From a virus (taxonomy: Duplodnaviria > Caudoviricetes): a stretch of DNA of 61,944 nucleotides. A program made the position numbers and the translations under genes. The DNA lies in IMG/VR virus record IMGVR_UViG_3300036768_001294, positions 1 through 61,944 of that record; one strand, written 5' to 3'. Positions 9,669 to 19,164 of this stretch are shown one piece after another; within the stretch, counting starts at the first letter, position 1; the number at the start of each line of letters is the position of its first letter. The notes under the pieces are model-generated. The model made no database searches, was not told where the DNA came from, and worked only from the letters and a program-made list of their open reading frames with translations.

Positions 9669-10582
9669 GAATTCTTGTCACAGGTGGCATGGGAACAGTT
9701 GGCCGGCCGCTTGTCAAAGAACTTAAAATTCGCGGCCATGAAGTGTTTGCATGTGATTTAGCACATAGCTACCAGGATTGGTATCGGCGCTGCGATATCA
9801 GTGAGTTTCATGAACTCATTGATCTATTCGATAATTTGCCACCAATTGAACTGGTATATCATGCCGCAGCCGAATTTGGCCGACATAATGGCGAGCGATA
9901 CTCAGCGCGTCTCTGGAAAACCAACGTCGTTGGCACCAAACATATGCTGCGATTGCAGCGTGAGCTTGGCTTCAGAATGGTATTTTTCTCTAGCTCAGAG
10001 ATTTATGGTGACTACGACGGCGTGATGCACGAAGATGTTCCAGTCAAGTACCCCATAAGACTGCTGAACGATTATGCCATGACAAAATGGGTCTCGGAAA
10101 TGATGATTATGAACGAAACCGAGGCATGGGGAAACGAAATCGTTAGGGTTAGGCTCTTTAATACCTATGGGCCCGGCGAATATTTCACGCCTTTTCGATC
10201 AGTAATTGCCAGGTTTTGCTACTATGCAATCCATGGCAGGCCTTATGTTGTCTACCGAAATCACAAGCGCTCTTTCATTTATATTGATGATGCCGTAAAC
10301 ACCCTGGCAAATATCACTGATCATTTCAAGCCTGGTGAGGTTTATAACATAGGGAGTACGAAACTATACAGCATTGAGGAATTGTCTGATAAGATCCTGC
10401 GGTTAACAGGCAGGCATGAAAATCTTGCACATTTTCAGAATCAGGAATTACTCACGACTAAACAGAAAATTGTTGACACCGTCAGAGCCAGTGAAGATCT
10501 CGATCACAAGATTACTGTTGATATCGATGAAGGATTAACAAGAACCATAGAATGGATGAGGCAAGTTTATCATGAAGCCTGA
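9665..10582 (+). CDS. NAD-dependent NDP-sugar epimerase/dehydratase (extended SDR)
   Basis: ILVTGGMGTVG, FSSSEIYG, YAMTK, RLFNTYGP, RSFIYIDD. Confidence 0.92.
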   Translation: MRILVTGGMGTVGRPLVKELKIRGHEVFACDLAHSYQDWYRRCDISEFHELIDLFDNLPPIELVYHAAAEFGRHNGERYSARLWKTNVVGTKHMLRLQRELGFRMVFFSSSEIYGDYDGVMHEDVPVKYPIRLLNDYAMTKWVSEMMIMNETEAWGNEIVRVRLFNTYGPGEYFTPFRSVIARFCYYAIHGRPYVVYRNHKRSFIYIDDAVNTLANITDHFKPGEVYNIGSTKLYSIEELSDKILRLTGRHENLAHFQNQELLTTKQKIVDTVRASEDLDHKITVDIDEGLTRTIEWMRQVYHEA

Positions 10583-11390
10583 CTTGAGCATTGTGACTCC
10601 ATGCTACAACAAAGCTGAGCACTTGGTGAATTATTTCATTAGCCTGGGGAATCAATCATTTCCTCATGATCGTTTCGAAGTCCTCATCATTGATGATGGG
10701 AGCACAGATCAAACACTCCCAGTTGTACGAGAAGCTCGTCGGGTTTTTGATTATAAAATTCGATACATATATCTTGATCGCCCAGGTCGTTCTACAGCCA
10801 GTGTTCCGCATAATGTTGGAATACGCAAGGCTAAGGCTGATATTATCGTTCAAGTTGGGCCGGATATTATCATGGCCAAAGATGCTTTAGCATTGCATCA
10901 TGCTTATCAGAGTATGGGATTTGACCATCTCTATGTATTTGGACGATGCTATCGCGTGCACTCACCATTTGCTCAGTCCCTGCTGAATACTGTAGACTGG
11001 CAAAATGACTTTAGGCAATTAGAATCTCTTTTCATTGGCGAGTTTCATCATAGCCGTGTATGGTCAGTGCCTTATTGTGCCTCTCTTCATAAAAAGTGGT
11101 TTGAGCAGCTTCATGGTTATGATGAAAGCTATGATGACATATTCCCCGATGATTCTGACATGGTTGTGCGGTTATGGGCTATTGGCGTTGAGACATTTAA
11201 TGCCGAAGATATTTGGGCCGCTCATCAATGGCATGAGCAAGAAGATCCTCTATGCGGGCCCGATTGCCCATGTCCCTTAGCCCAAAAGAGCAAGACTTGG
11301 CCCGGCCCAGATATGAAATACAATGGGACGCCAGAGGATCTTGTAAGGAATCCGAATGGATGGGGGGAATTCCCAGCGGAGGAGATCTAA
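10572..11390 (+). CDS. Glycosyltransferase family 2
   Basis: LSIVTPCYN, EVLIIDDGSTD, NVGIRKA, GYDESY, HQWH. Confidence 0.88.
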   Translation: MKPDLSIVTPCYNKAEHLVNYFISLGNQSFPHDRFEVLIIDDGSTDQTLPVVREARRVFDYKIRYIYLDRPGRSTASVPHNVGIRKAKADIIVQVGPDIIMAKDALALHHAYQSMGFDHLYVFGRCYRVHSPFAQSLLNTVDWQNDFRQLESLFIGEFHHSRVWSVPYCASLHKKWFEQLHGYDESYDDIFPDDSDMVVRLWAIGVETFNAEDIWAAHQWHEQEDPLCGPDCPCPLAQKSKTWPGPDMKYNGTPEDLVRNPNGWGEFPAEEI

Positions 11391-11391
11391 T

Positions 11392-11775
11392 ATGCCTTAT
11401 GAACTTCTTGAGCCGCCTATTGATCAAGGGTTTATTATAAAGGATTCGGGAAAACGTCAGCAGTATAAAAGCGGGATGGTCAGAGATACAGCGGATGACA
11501 AGGTCGATTATAGTCTTGTCCTTGATGGACCGATGTTTTTGCGTTGGGCCGAGCATTTGACAAAAGGTGCAAAGAAGTATACCAAGAGGAATTGGCTCCT
11601 GGCTACGGGAAAAGAAGAGTATGATCGTTTCCGGGAATCGGCTGTTCGGCATTTTGTTCAGTGGTTTTACGGCTTCACAGATGAGGATCATGCCGCAGCC
11701 GTCTTTTTCAACATCAACGCAGCTGAGTACTTAAGAGGGATTTTAGATGGCAAGCAAAAAGGTGGTCATGTTTGA
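11392..11775 (+). CDS. DUF5664-like dATP/dGTP diphosphohydrolase domain protein
   Basis: KDSGKR..SGMVRD, GAKKY..RNW, SAVRH, DEDHAAAVFFN; RBS GGAGGA. Confidence 0.7.
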   Translation: MPYELLEPPIDQGFIIKDSGKRQQYKSGMVRDTADDKVDYSLVLDGPMFLRWAEHLTKGAKKYTKRNWLLATGKEEYDRFRESAVRHFVQWFYGFTDEDHAAAVFFNINAAEYLRGILDGKQKGGHV

Positions 11776-12346
11776 TGTCGATGGCGTTCTGGCCAATTGC
11801 AATTCGGTCTATGCAGAGCTAGCTGCGGAGAAAGTCAATAATTATATGCTACCGATGCATCCCCTAGAATCCCCTGGATGGTTTACCATGCATGAGCGAT
11901 TAGGGGATGATGCTCCAAAGATTTTCAATTATGTCTGGGAAAAGCCCGATGTCTTGGACGCTGCTGTCCCACTCTTCACGCCAGAGCAGGCCGTGAAGAT
12001 CAATCACATTCAGTCTTTAGCCAGCACCTACTTTGTGACCAATCGTGGGCCCGGATCTAAACGTGTGACCGAGGTATGGCTTGAGCGGCATCTTCGATTC
12101 AGGGCGACGGTCATCGTCAGCGCGCGTAAAGACCTTGTAGCTGAGGCCATTGGAGCTGATTTCTCAATCGAAGATCATGCGCCCAATGCCATTATGATTG
12201 CCATGGCCAGTCCAAGGACTCGGTCATATTTGCTCCATCGTCCTTACAATGAGATTGATGCCAAGCGCTTAGGAGCTTGCATTCAAATCGTGCTGAGCTT
12301 GGATACATTCCTCGACGATGTCTTGAGAGCGATTTCCAATGATTAA
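11747..12346 (+). CDS. HAD-family 5'(3')-deoxyribonucleotidase-like protein
   Basis: FDVDGVLAN, FVTNR, IEDH, RPYN. Confidence 0.78.
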   Translation: MASKKVVMFDVDGVLANCNSVYAELAAEKVNNYMLPMHPLESPGWFTMHERLGDDAPKIFNYVWEKPDVLDAAVPLFTPEQAVKINHIQSLASTYFVTNRGPGSKRVTEVWLERHLRFRATVIVSARKDLVAEAIGADFSIEDHAPNAIMIAMASPRTRSYLLHRPYNEIDAKRLGACIQIVLSLDTFLDDVLRAISND

Positions 12347-14405
12347 TATTTGGCTGGCTCAAGTAAATAATGCTTATGGCCATAGCCTTTTTCTTCCCTA
12401 CTCCGTAGGTTGCCTAGAGGCATATGCTCGGGCCCAGGAAGACCTTGCTCAATGCATATTCAAGGGCTACATCTTCAGAAGGGAGCCCCTTGACGATATC
12501 ATTAAGCGAATCGAGACTTCCGGGGACATCGACATCTTGGCAATCTCATGCTATCTCTGGAATTGGGAGTATTCCAAAGCACTCGGCACTGCTGTCAAAG
12601 AGCAGTGGCCCAATTGTCTCGTAATTATTGGTGGTCCACAGCTTCCAAGCCTTCCGCCCTCATGCCAATTATCAATCAAAGGCGAAGCTTCAGAAGCTTT
12701 GGCCCATGGTGGAGTATTTGATGAGTTCCCGTCGGCGGACATCGCGGTCTATGGTGAAGGGGAGCTTGCTTTTGCAGAAATCCTACGAGCAGTATCAGGA
12801 TTTCACAGAGGCAGAGGAATCGAGATTAAATCAGGAATCTTTGAGAAGTTACGAACGATTACAGGATTGGCTATTCGAACCGACAGAGGCACCTATTTTA
12901 CAGGAGAACCTCAGCGCATCCGAGATCTTTCCCAGCTCCCCTCCCCCTATCTCACAGGATGCTTCGATTCCCTCCTCGCTCATCGCGCCTATGACGAGGA
13001 AACGGGTGCTGAAACTCGCATAGACTGGCAAGCCAGTCTCGAAAGCAATCGTGGTTGTCCGTACATGTGCTCATTTTGTGCATGGGGTCCAGAATCACTT
13101 GCAAAGTTTTTCCAGTTTCCCTTAGAGCGCATTTATCGCGAAATTGAGTGGATGGGGCAGCAGCATATTCGATACCTGTATTCATGCGATGCCAATTTTG
13201 GGATTATCAAACGCGACGTTGATATCGCCAATATCCTAGCTTTTACCAAACAACTTTATGGCTATCCTAAGGAGTTTCGGGCTTGCACCGCCAAAAATAG
13301 CAATGATCAAGTCTTTGAAATCTCTAAAATCCTGCACGAAGCCGGCATGTCCAAAGGCGCCACACTGAGTTTTCAGAGCGTTGACCCCCACACCCTAGAT
13401 ATCATCAAACGAAAGAATATTAAGATTGATAATTTCGCCGAATTTCTTAAGCGTTACAGAGATCACGGCATTGCTACGTATACTGAACTCATTATAGGGT
13501 TACCGGGAGAAACAAGACAATCATTTGAGGCCGGGATAAACAGCATTCTTGATGCTGGCAAGCATGATGGGCTTAATATTTATCTTTGTCAAGTTTTACC
13601 CCAAACTGAATTCGATGATCCAGAGTACCGTAAAATTCACGGTATAATTACTGTCCGTTCACCTCTACTTCTGCAGCACAGCACTCCTATCAACGATCCC
13701 CACCAAGAATACAACGAGATTGTCATTGGCACCTCCAGCATGCCAACGAATATTTGGCGAGACACATACATGTTTTCGTGGGCTGTGCAGGCATTTCACG
13801 CGCTAGGTCTGACACGCTATCTCGCCATATTCTGTCGTCATGAGCTAGGCATGGCTTATTCCACATTCTATAACGCCCTGCTAGAGTGGATGCAAGCGAC
13901 CCCAAATTCCAATCTTGGCGATGAGTATCGCAATGTGTTATCGATTTGCGAGAGTGGAATGCGTGGAGGTGATTGGGGTCAAATTGATTATCGGTTTGGA
14001 AATATCATCTGGCCGACTGAAGAACTGACATTTCTGAGATTAGTGACTGATTATCAGAATACGTACAAAGAGATTGCCGTCTTCTTTGTGAATCTTCTTC
14101 GCCAGTGCTCTAGCCAATATATCTCAAGTATAGTCGTGAATCTTATTGATTATCAGAAAAATCTTCTTATTAGGCCAGATGATGATGGGCAAAGATCACT
14201 TGACATGGAAATCAACTATCATGAATACTTCTCAAAGATCTTAGATGATAAGTCGATGAAACCAATCATCAAGCCTGAATCGCTCATCATTATTTCCGCC
14301 AGATCTTATAAAGATTTGGAAGAATATGCTCGGCTGGTCGTTTGGTATGGACGAAAAGGCGGGAATTTTCTTCACAAGAATATTATTTGTTATTCGAAGG
14401 ACTGA
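12339..14405 (+). CDS. Cobalamin-dependent radical SAM enzyme (large, 688 aa)
   Basis: LPYSVG, SCYLWN, IIGGP, GEGE, LPSPY; NRGCPYMCSFC; DANFG; ELIIGLPGET. Confidence 0.9.
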   Translation: MINIWLAQVNNAYGHSLFLPYSVGCLEAYARAQEDLAQCIFKGYIFRREPLDDIIKRIETSGDIDILAISCYLWNWEYSKALGTAVKEQWPNCLVIIGGPQLPSLPPSCQLSIKGEASEALAHGGVFDEFPSADIAVYGEGELAFAEILRAVSGFHRGRGIEIKSGIFEKLRTITGLAIRTDRGTYFTGEPQRIRDLSQLPSPYLTGCFDSLLAHRAYDEETGAETRIDWQASLESNRGCPYMCSFCAWGPESLAKFFQFPLERIYREIEWMGQQHIRYLYSCDANFGIIKRDVDIANILAFTKQLYGYPKEFRACTAKNSNDQVFEISKILHEAGMSKGATLSFQSVDPHTLDIIKRKNIKIDNFAEFLKRYRDHGIATYTELIIGLPGETRQSFEAGINSILDAGKHDGLNIYLCQVLPQTEFDDPEYRKIHGIITVRSPLLLQHSTPINDPHQEYNEIVIGTSSMPTNIWRDTYMFSWAVQAFHALGLTRYLAIFCRHELGMAYSTFYNALLEWMQATPNSNLGDEYRNVLSICESGMRGGDWGQIDYRFGNIIWPTEELTFLRLVTDYQNTYKEIAVFFVNLLRQCSSQYISSIVVNLIDYQKNLLIRPDDDGQRSLDMEINYHEYFSKILDDKSMKPIIKPESLIIISARSYKDLEEYARLVVWYGRKGGNFLHKNIICYSKD

Positions 14406-14408
14406 GCC

Positions 14409-15116
14409 ATGCCAACTAAAACGATCAACGATGTCAGGTCCATCGTTAGTGGGCTTATTCAAGACCAAGCCGGCAAGCTAGATATTACTGCTCGCAATCT
14501 GGCCATTCAAAATGCCGTTGAATTGCACTCTATGAATGTGCCAGCTGTAAAATATCAGATCGTGACTGGTGTATCGAATAAAACGTCGAGAACGCCAACC
14601 GGTTGGTCTGATACAATCAGTCAGATCTTGAAAATCGAATTTCCGATTAATCAGCGTCCGCCTATTTATCTTGAAGAAGAAGACTTCGAAGTTATCAGAG
14701 CGGCAACAGCCTCAACGCCATTTCGCATTCTTTTTAAAACATTTATTCCCGGAGCCACATCGCCATTTGGCGTGATTTTCACGGCACCGCACAAATTAGG
14801 CATCACCGCTAATCAGAATACCATTCCAGATAATCATATTGTAGCTGTAGCAAATCTTGCGGCCAGTATTGCTTGTCAGCAGTTAGCGGCTTTTTATTCA
14901 CAAAGTGGAGATAGTTTGATTAATGCTGACTCGGTCAACTATCAATCCAAACTCCCTAATTATTTGCAAATATCGAGAGTGTATTTGAACTATTATATGA
15001 ATTTCTTTAAAATCGATGAGCGTGGATTTGCCAGACCAGCATCGATTACGGTGGACATTGATCGTGATTTTCAGTGGGGCGAACAATTCTTCTATCATCC
15101 GAGACGATGGAGGTAG
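14409..15116 (+). CDS. Putative head-tail adaptor (Mu-like neck protein)
   Basis: IEFPINQRPP, FTAPH, AVANLAAS.ACQQLAAFY, DS.I.ADSV pattern recalled from Mu-like neck proteins; order before gp10-like and terminator-like genes. Confidence 0.55.
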   Translation: MPTKTINDVRSIVSGLIQDQAGKLDITARNLAIQNAVELHSMNVPAVKYQIVTGVSNKTSRTPTGWSDTISQILKIEFPINQRPPIYLEEEDFEVIRAATASTPFRILFKTFIPGATSPFGVIFTAPHKLGITANQNTIPDNHIVAVANLAASIACQQLAAFYSQSGDSLINADSVNYQSKLPNYLQISRVYLNYYMNFFKIDERGFARPASITVDIDRDFQWGEQFFYHPRRWR

Positions 15117-15117
15117 C

Positions 15118-16221
15118 ATGGCGCGAATTGGGATGGTCAGCATTTGGTTTCATCGTGGTCAGACGGAAGTAACCCAGACAATTCGTCGAGCCTTAGAAGA
15201 TAATGGACATGAGGTATTCATTTTTGCACGGATGGGGCAAGTGTATGGTCAAGAGAAATGTGAAAGTGCTGATCCATATTTCGCTGTGAAAAATTTGACG
15301 ACTTGGCCCAAGTATCAGATTCCAGCTAAAGTCTTAGAATTATGGTCACGCAAGAATAAGCTTGATGCCGTAGTCTTCAATGAAGAGTATGATTTTTCAT
15401 TACCAGCTATCCTTGAAGCAAGCGGCATTAAAACCATTCACTATGTAGATTTTCTCCACAGCGATTGGAGAGAACCGCTCAAGAAGCATTATCATCTACT
15501 GTGGAGCGCTACATATAGAACCTTAAAACAGCTTGAAGATTTTGGTTTGCGCGAAAAAAGCTTTGGCATCTGGTGGGGGATTAATGCCAAACATCAACCG
15601 TATCAAGGCACAATAGAACCAGATTATGATTTCTTTACCAACCAAGGTTGGTTAGGCATCAATCTCCGCAAGGGATGTGATTTCTTTCTTAAAGCTTTTG
15701 ATCTTATCAATCAGCAAAATCGGTATACGGCCTTAATCCATGCGCAGGTGCCGCCTTCAATTCTCCCAGATGATCTGCAAGCCATTGTTCACAAATACCA
15801 AGAGGCCGGAAATCTGCAATGGCTCACGGCAACAGTGCCTCCGCCGGGTTTATATCATCGTGGGAAAGTCGTTGTGCAGCCGTCCAGATTAGAAGGTCTT
15901 GGCTTGACAATTCCTGAGGCAATGTGGCAGGGGCGGGCTGTCATCACTACCGATGCACAGCCCATGAGCGAGTTTATCGTTCAGCCAGAATTGAGGGCCA
16001 AAGTATCTAGCATTCATCAACGATATGATGGGCTTACGTTCCCGGAATGCGAGGTCGATATCTCCGATCTTGCGGAAGCCATGCAATCATGCGTTTCTGT
16101 AGGAGTGTTGTGGCGGGGCTACGGTGCATTCAACAGGAATCGCGCTGTTAGTTTATTTGACTGGGAGAAGTTCTGTAAGCAGATTCAGCGCAGCCTTGAT
16201 AGATTGGGGCTTCAGTCATGA
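15118..16221 (+). CDS. Glycosyltransferase, GT-B fold (GT4-like)
   Basis: ALEDNGHEV, RKG, PSRLEGLGLTIPEAM, VITTD..PMSE, FDW. Confidence 0.88.
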   Translation: MARIGMVSIWFHRGQTEVTQTIRRALEDNGHEVFIFARMGQVYGQEKCESADPYFAVKNLTTWPKYQIPAKVLELWSRKNKLDAVVFNEEYDFSLPAILEASGIKTIHYVDFLHSDWREPLKKHYHLLWSATYRTLKQLEDFGLREKSFGIWWGINAKHQPYQGTIEPDYDFFTNQGWLGINLRKGCDFFLKAFDLINQQNRYTALIHAQVPPSILPDDLQAIVHKYQEAGNLQWLTATVPPPGLYHRGKVVVQPSRLEGLGLTIPEAMWQGRAVITTDAQPMSEFIVQPELRAKVSSIHQRYDGLTFPECEVDISDLAEAMQSCVSVGVLWRGYGAFNRNRAVSLFDWEKFCKQIQRSLDRLGLQS

Positions 16222-16607
16222 TAAGCCCAAAGCTCTTACAGCATCAGGGAATGATTCATCATAAATTCCGTCACCATCAAATGACAATCTTACAGCTGGC
16301 AACATTTTTCCGCGTTGGCACACATACAATGAGGACCTTTCTTCGCGAAACGATGGAGGATTATAACGATATCGTTTTGGATTTGCGAAGGAAGATCAAG
16401 CAACGAAAACATGTTGCCAATCCAGGAAAATTGCGCCAGCTAGAGCTGCATCGTCGGAAAAGCGACTTTAGCGAGGCGGAATTAAAAGAAATCGAACAGC
16501 GTTTAATGGAGAGAAAGTCACAGACGCGCTTAATCTATCACGAATATATTATCGATCCCCTAGTTGGAGATGTTGACTATGTTGATCAACGTGATTGGGA
16601 AGTTTAA
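16218..16607 (+). CDS. Hypothetical basic protein, possible HTH
   Basis: TILQLATFFRVGTHTMR resembles an HTH; ATGA overlap. Confidence 0.45.
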   Translation: MISPKLLQHQGMIHHKFRHHQMTILQLATFFRVGTHTMRTFLRETMEDYNDIVLDLRRKIKQRKHVANPGKLRQLELHRRKSDFSEAELKEIEQRLMERKSQTRLIYHEYIIDPLVGDVDYVDQRDWEV

Positions 16608-17496
16608 GCAGAATCCTTGGGGCGTTGAATGGTTTGTTAAGGATGCTCTTGAAAAGCTAGAGCATCAGGTGAATTGCTTTGATATCAATGCCTCATATGC
16701 CATTATTAGAAATATTGCCGTTGGCTCTCTTACGATTGTCTTACAGGGTTATGGTTTGAAACCAGCGCTTATCGAGGGCGGGCGGCGAATCACAGGAAAG
16801 CCATGGATTCTCTGGCATGCCGAGGTCATGTCTCCTTTAGCAAATCCTCATGATGAAGTCGTCCTGTTCAAGATGTCCCAACTAGCTCCTATTGCCCCAA
16901 GCTTTGATGCCATTTTCCATAACTGCAACTGCTGTCTTGAAGGGATTAGAAAGCTCAGCAAGGGTCGTCCTGTTTATTGGGCTCCGGCCAATGGCGTTGC
17001 TCCAGAACTACATCGGAAACGGAAAGAAATCGCCAAGCGATATCCTCTTGGGTTTTATGGTTATCCTTCATCGAGACGGACGGATATTATTAACTACTTA
17101 AGATTTCATGGTGTAGAGATTGAATGGAAGAAGCCAGAAGATGGATTCTATGGAGAGAAGCTAGTAGAATTTATCAATCAGTGTCATTGCATGCTTAATT
17201 TGCACTACAGCGATACGCTCAATACTGAGTGTCGTCTGTACGAAAGTCTTGGCTGCGGTGTACCTGTGATTTCAGAGCCGATCTCCATGCCTGATCTTTT
17301 CTATGGCATTCCGAAAGCCCTGATGTTTGCTGAAGGCAAGCATGAGCTGCTGGAGCTTTGGAAATCCATCGAGGGAAAATTAAGTAAGCTCGTTGATGAA
17401 GGCGAGAAAGCCATGCATTGGCTGCATGAAAATGCCTCGTATGTGCAGCGCTGCGATCACTTGCTAAAAATGATTAATGGGCTTTCGCGATGCTGA
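16579..17496 (+). CDS. Glycosyltransferase, GT-B (CgeB/DUF3880-like)
   Basis: ALEKLEHQV, GFYG..S.RR, LNLH, RLYESLGCG..VISE, SY.QR. Confidence 0.75.
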   Translation: MLINVIGKFKQNPWGVEWFVKDALEKLEHQVNCFDINASYAIIRNIAVGSLTIVLQGYGLKPALIEGGRRITGKPWILWHAEVMSPLANPHDEVVLFKMSQLAPIAPSFDAIFHNCNCCLEGIRKLSKGRPVYWAPANGVAPELHRKRKEIAKRYPLGFYGYPSSRRTDIINYLRFHGVEIEWKKPEDGFYGEKLVEFINQCHCMLNLHYSDTLNTECRLYESLGCGVPVISEPISMPDLFYGIPKALMFAEGKHELLELWKSIEGKLSKLVDEGEKAMHWLHENASYVQRCDHLLKMINGLSRC

Positions 17497-18032
17497 TCGA
17501 AGTGACGTGTCAGCTTGATGAAGAGACCGAACGAAAGCTCTTCGAAAATCCGCGGCTCTTAGCTCGCTTCCGAGCCGCAGTCCAGCGTGCCTGCGATCAA
17601 CTAGAGGCAAATGTTAAGAAACGGGCGCCGAAGGCTACTGGAGATTTTCTCAAATCTATCGACTGTACCGTTCACGAATTTGGTCATCCATATCGCATCG
17701 TAGGCCGAGTGTACTCAGTTCACCCAGCAGCCGATGCCATTGAGTTTGGAGCCGGGCCACATGTTGTGCCGACTCGGGCAATCTTGCGCTGGATGCAAGC
17801 TGTTAATATGCCCATAGGCAAAGGATTAACCGTGCAAGAGGTTGCCGAACGTATTCAGAAGAGAATTGCTGAACGCGGTCTGAAACCGCACTTTACTTTT
17901 ACAGATGCTTATCAGGATGCCGTTGGCATTTTTAAGAGTGAGCTTGATCCAATCTTAGATAGTATTGACGGACATGCAGAATACTCAGCTGAATTGAGTT
18001 CAAGTGGCTCATGGCAACTACCTTGGGAATAG
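17490..18032 (+). CDS. HK97 gp10-like tail completion protein
   Basis: VKKRAPKATGDFLKSI, AIEFGAGPH, I..RGLKPH.F..AY. Confidence 0.75.
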   Translation: MLIEVTCQLDEETERKLFENPRLLARFRAAVQRACDQLEANVKKRAPKATGDFLKSIDCTVHEFGHPYRIVGRVYSVHPAADAIEFGAGPHVVPTRAILRWMQAVNMPIGKGLTVQEVAERIQKRIAERGLKPHFTFTDAYQDAVGIFKSELDPILDSIDGHAEYSAELSSSGSWQLPWE

Positions 18033-18075
18033 CATCAATTCCCTAACTTTGGTACTCTGGGTTATGAGGGATGCG

Positions 18076-19164
18076 ATGGAAATTGTCATATTTGTCGGCG
18101 CTAGGCCGGGATATATCAAATCATGGTCTGTCTATAAGGCTTTTACGCAGCACGGAATATTTCCAACAGTTGTGGCCACTGGACAACATCATGACATTCT
18201 CAAGCAGCACCAGGAAATATTCTTGATGCCAGTCGATCATTGGTTGATAACAGAACAGCCACATTATGATTTGGCTGACCTTTATGGACAGATCTATAAT
18301 AAATCTTTTAAGTATTTGAAAGAACATTGTCCCAAAGCTGTATTTGTCAATGGTGACACAACAAGTGCTTTGGCCGCAGCGCAAGCAGCGTTTCATTTAA
18401 ATATTCCTGTAGCTCATATTGAGTCGGGACTGAGATCATTTGATCTAGAAAACCCATACCCCGAAGAATTTAATAGAATTACGATAGATGCTTTAAGCAC
18501 TTGGCTATTTCCTCCAACGGCATTAGCCGAGAGAAATTGCCGGCTTATTAATTCGCATGCATCTTCTGTTATAACCGGAAACACAGTCATAGATGCTTTG
18601 ATGGAGGGACTAAAGCTTCTTCCGCAAAATGAAATTACCTATGCCTCTAAGTATCTGCTCATAGATCTACATCGTCGTGAATTATCGGCAAATGCATTAA
18701 GTGAAATCATGGAGAAGATATTCCTGGCTGCCAAAGATCATGACTATATGGTAATTTGGCCGGCGCATCCCAATCCCAAGATTCAAGCAGAGGCTATGAA
18801 ATGGAAAGATAATGATACCTTTCTGATCATAGAGCCTCAAAATTACTTACAGTTTATTCGTCTTATGAGAGATGCCGACCTCATCCTCACAGACAGTGGT
18901 GGCGTTGTTGAAGAAGCCATTACATTAGGCACGCCAACGCTTCAGATCAGGAAGGCTACCGATAGACAGGAAGCTATTTTGCATCAGTGCTCATGGTTAA
19001 CGGGACTAGATGCCGATGAAGTTTACAGATTCTTGATTGGTGCCATTCAATATGCAGAAGAATGGCATAAATGGATTGAACGAGTCAAGAATCCTTATGG
19101 TAACGGACATGCTGGAGAAAAGATCGTTAAGTCTTTTCTAGGGAGATTGTCGCATGGCAAGTGA
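18076..19164 (+). CDS. wecB: UDP-N-acetylglucosamine 2-epimerase (non-hydrolysing)
   Basis: GARP..IK, TGQH, GDTTS, HIESGLRS, PEEFNR, GNTVID, HRRE, HPNP, TDSGG..EEA, NPYG.G.A. Confidence 0.92.
   Translation: MEIVIFVGARPGYIKSWSVYKAFTQHGIFPTVVATGQHHDILKQHQEIFLMPVDHWLITEQPHYDLADLYGQIYNKSFKYLKEHCPKAVFVNGDTTSALAAAQAAFHLNIPVAHIESGLRSFDLENPYPEEFNRITIDALSTWLFPPTALAERNCRLINSHASSVITGNTVIDALMEGLKLLPQNEITYASKYLLIDLHRRELSANALSEIMEKIFLAAKDHDYMVIWPAHPNPKIQAEAMKWKDNDTFLIIEPQNYLQFIRLMRDADLILTDSGGVVEEAITLGTPTLQIRKATDRQEAILHQCSWLTGLDADEVYRFLIGAIQYAEEWHKWIERVKNPYGNGHAGEKIVKSFLGRLSHGK

Noticed and set aside
11392-11775. Z-genome (2-aminoadenine) phage call
   Set aside because: No PurZ or phage DNA polymerase in the window; DUF5664 alone is insufficient
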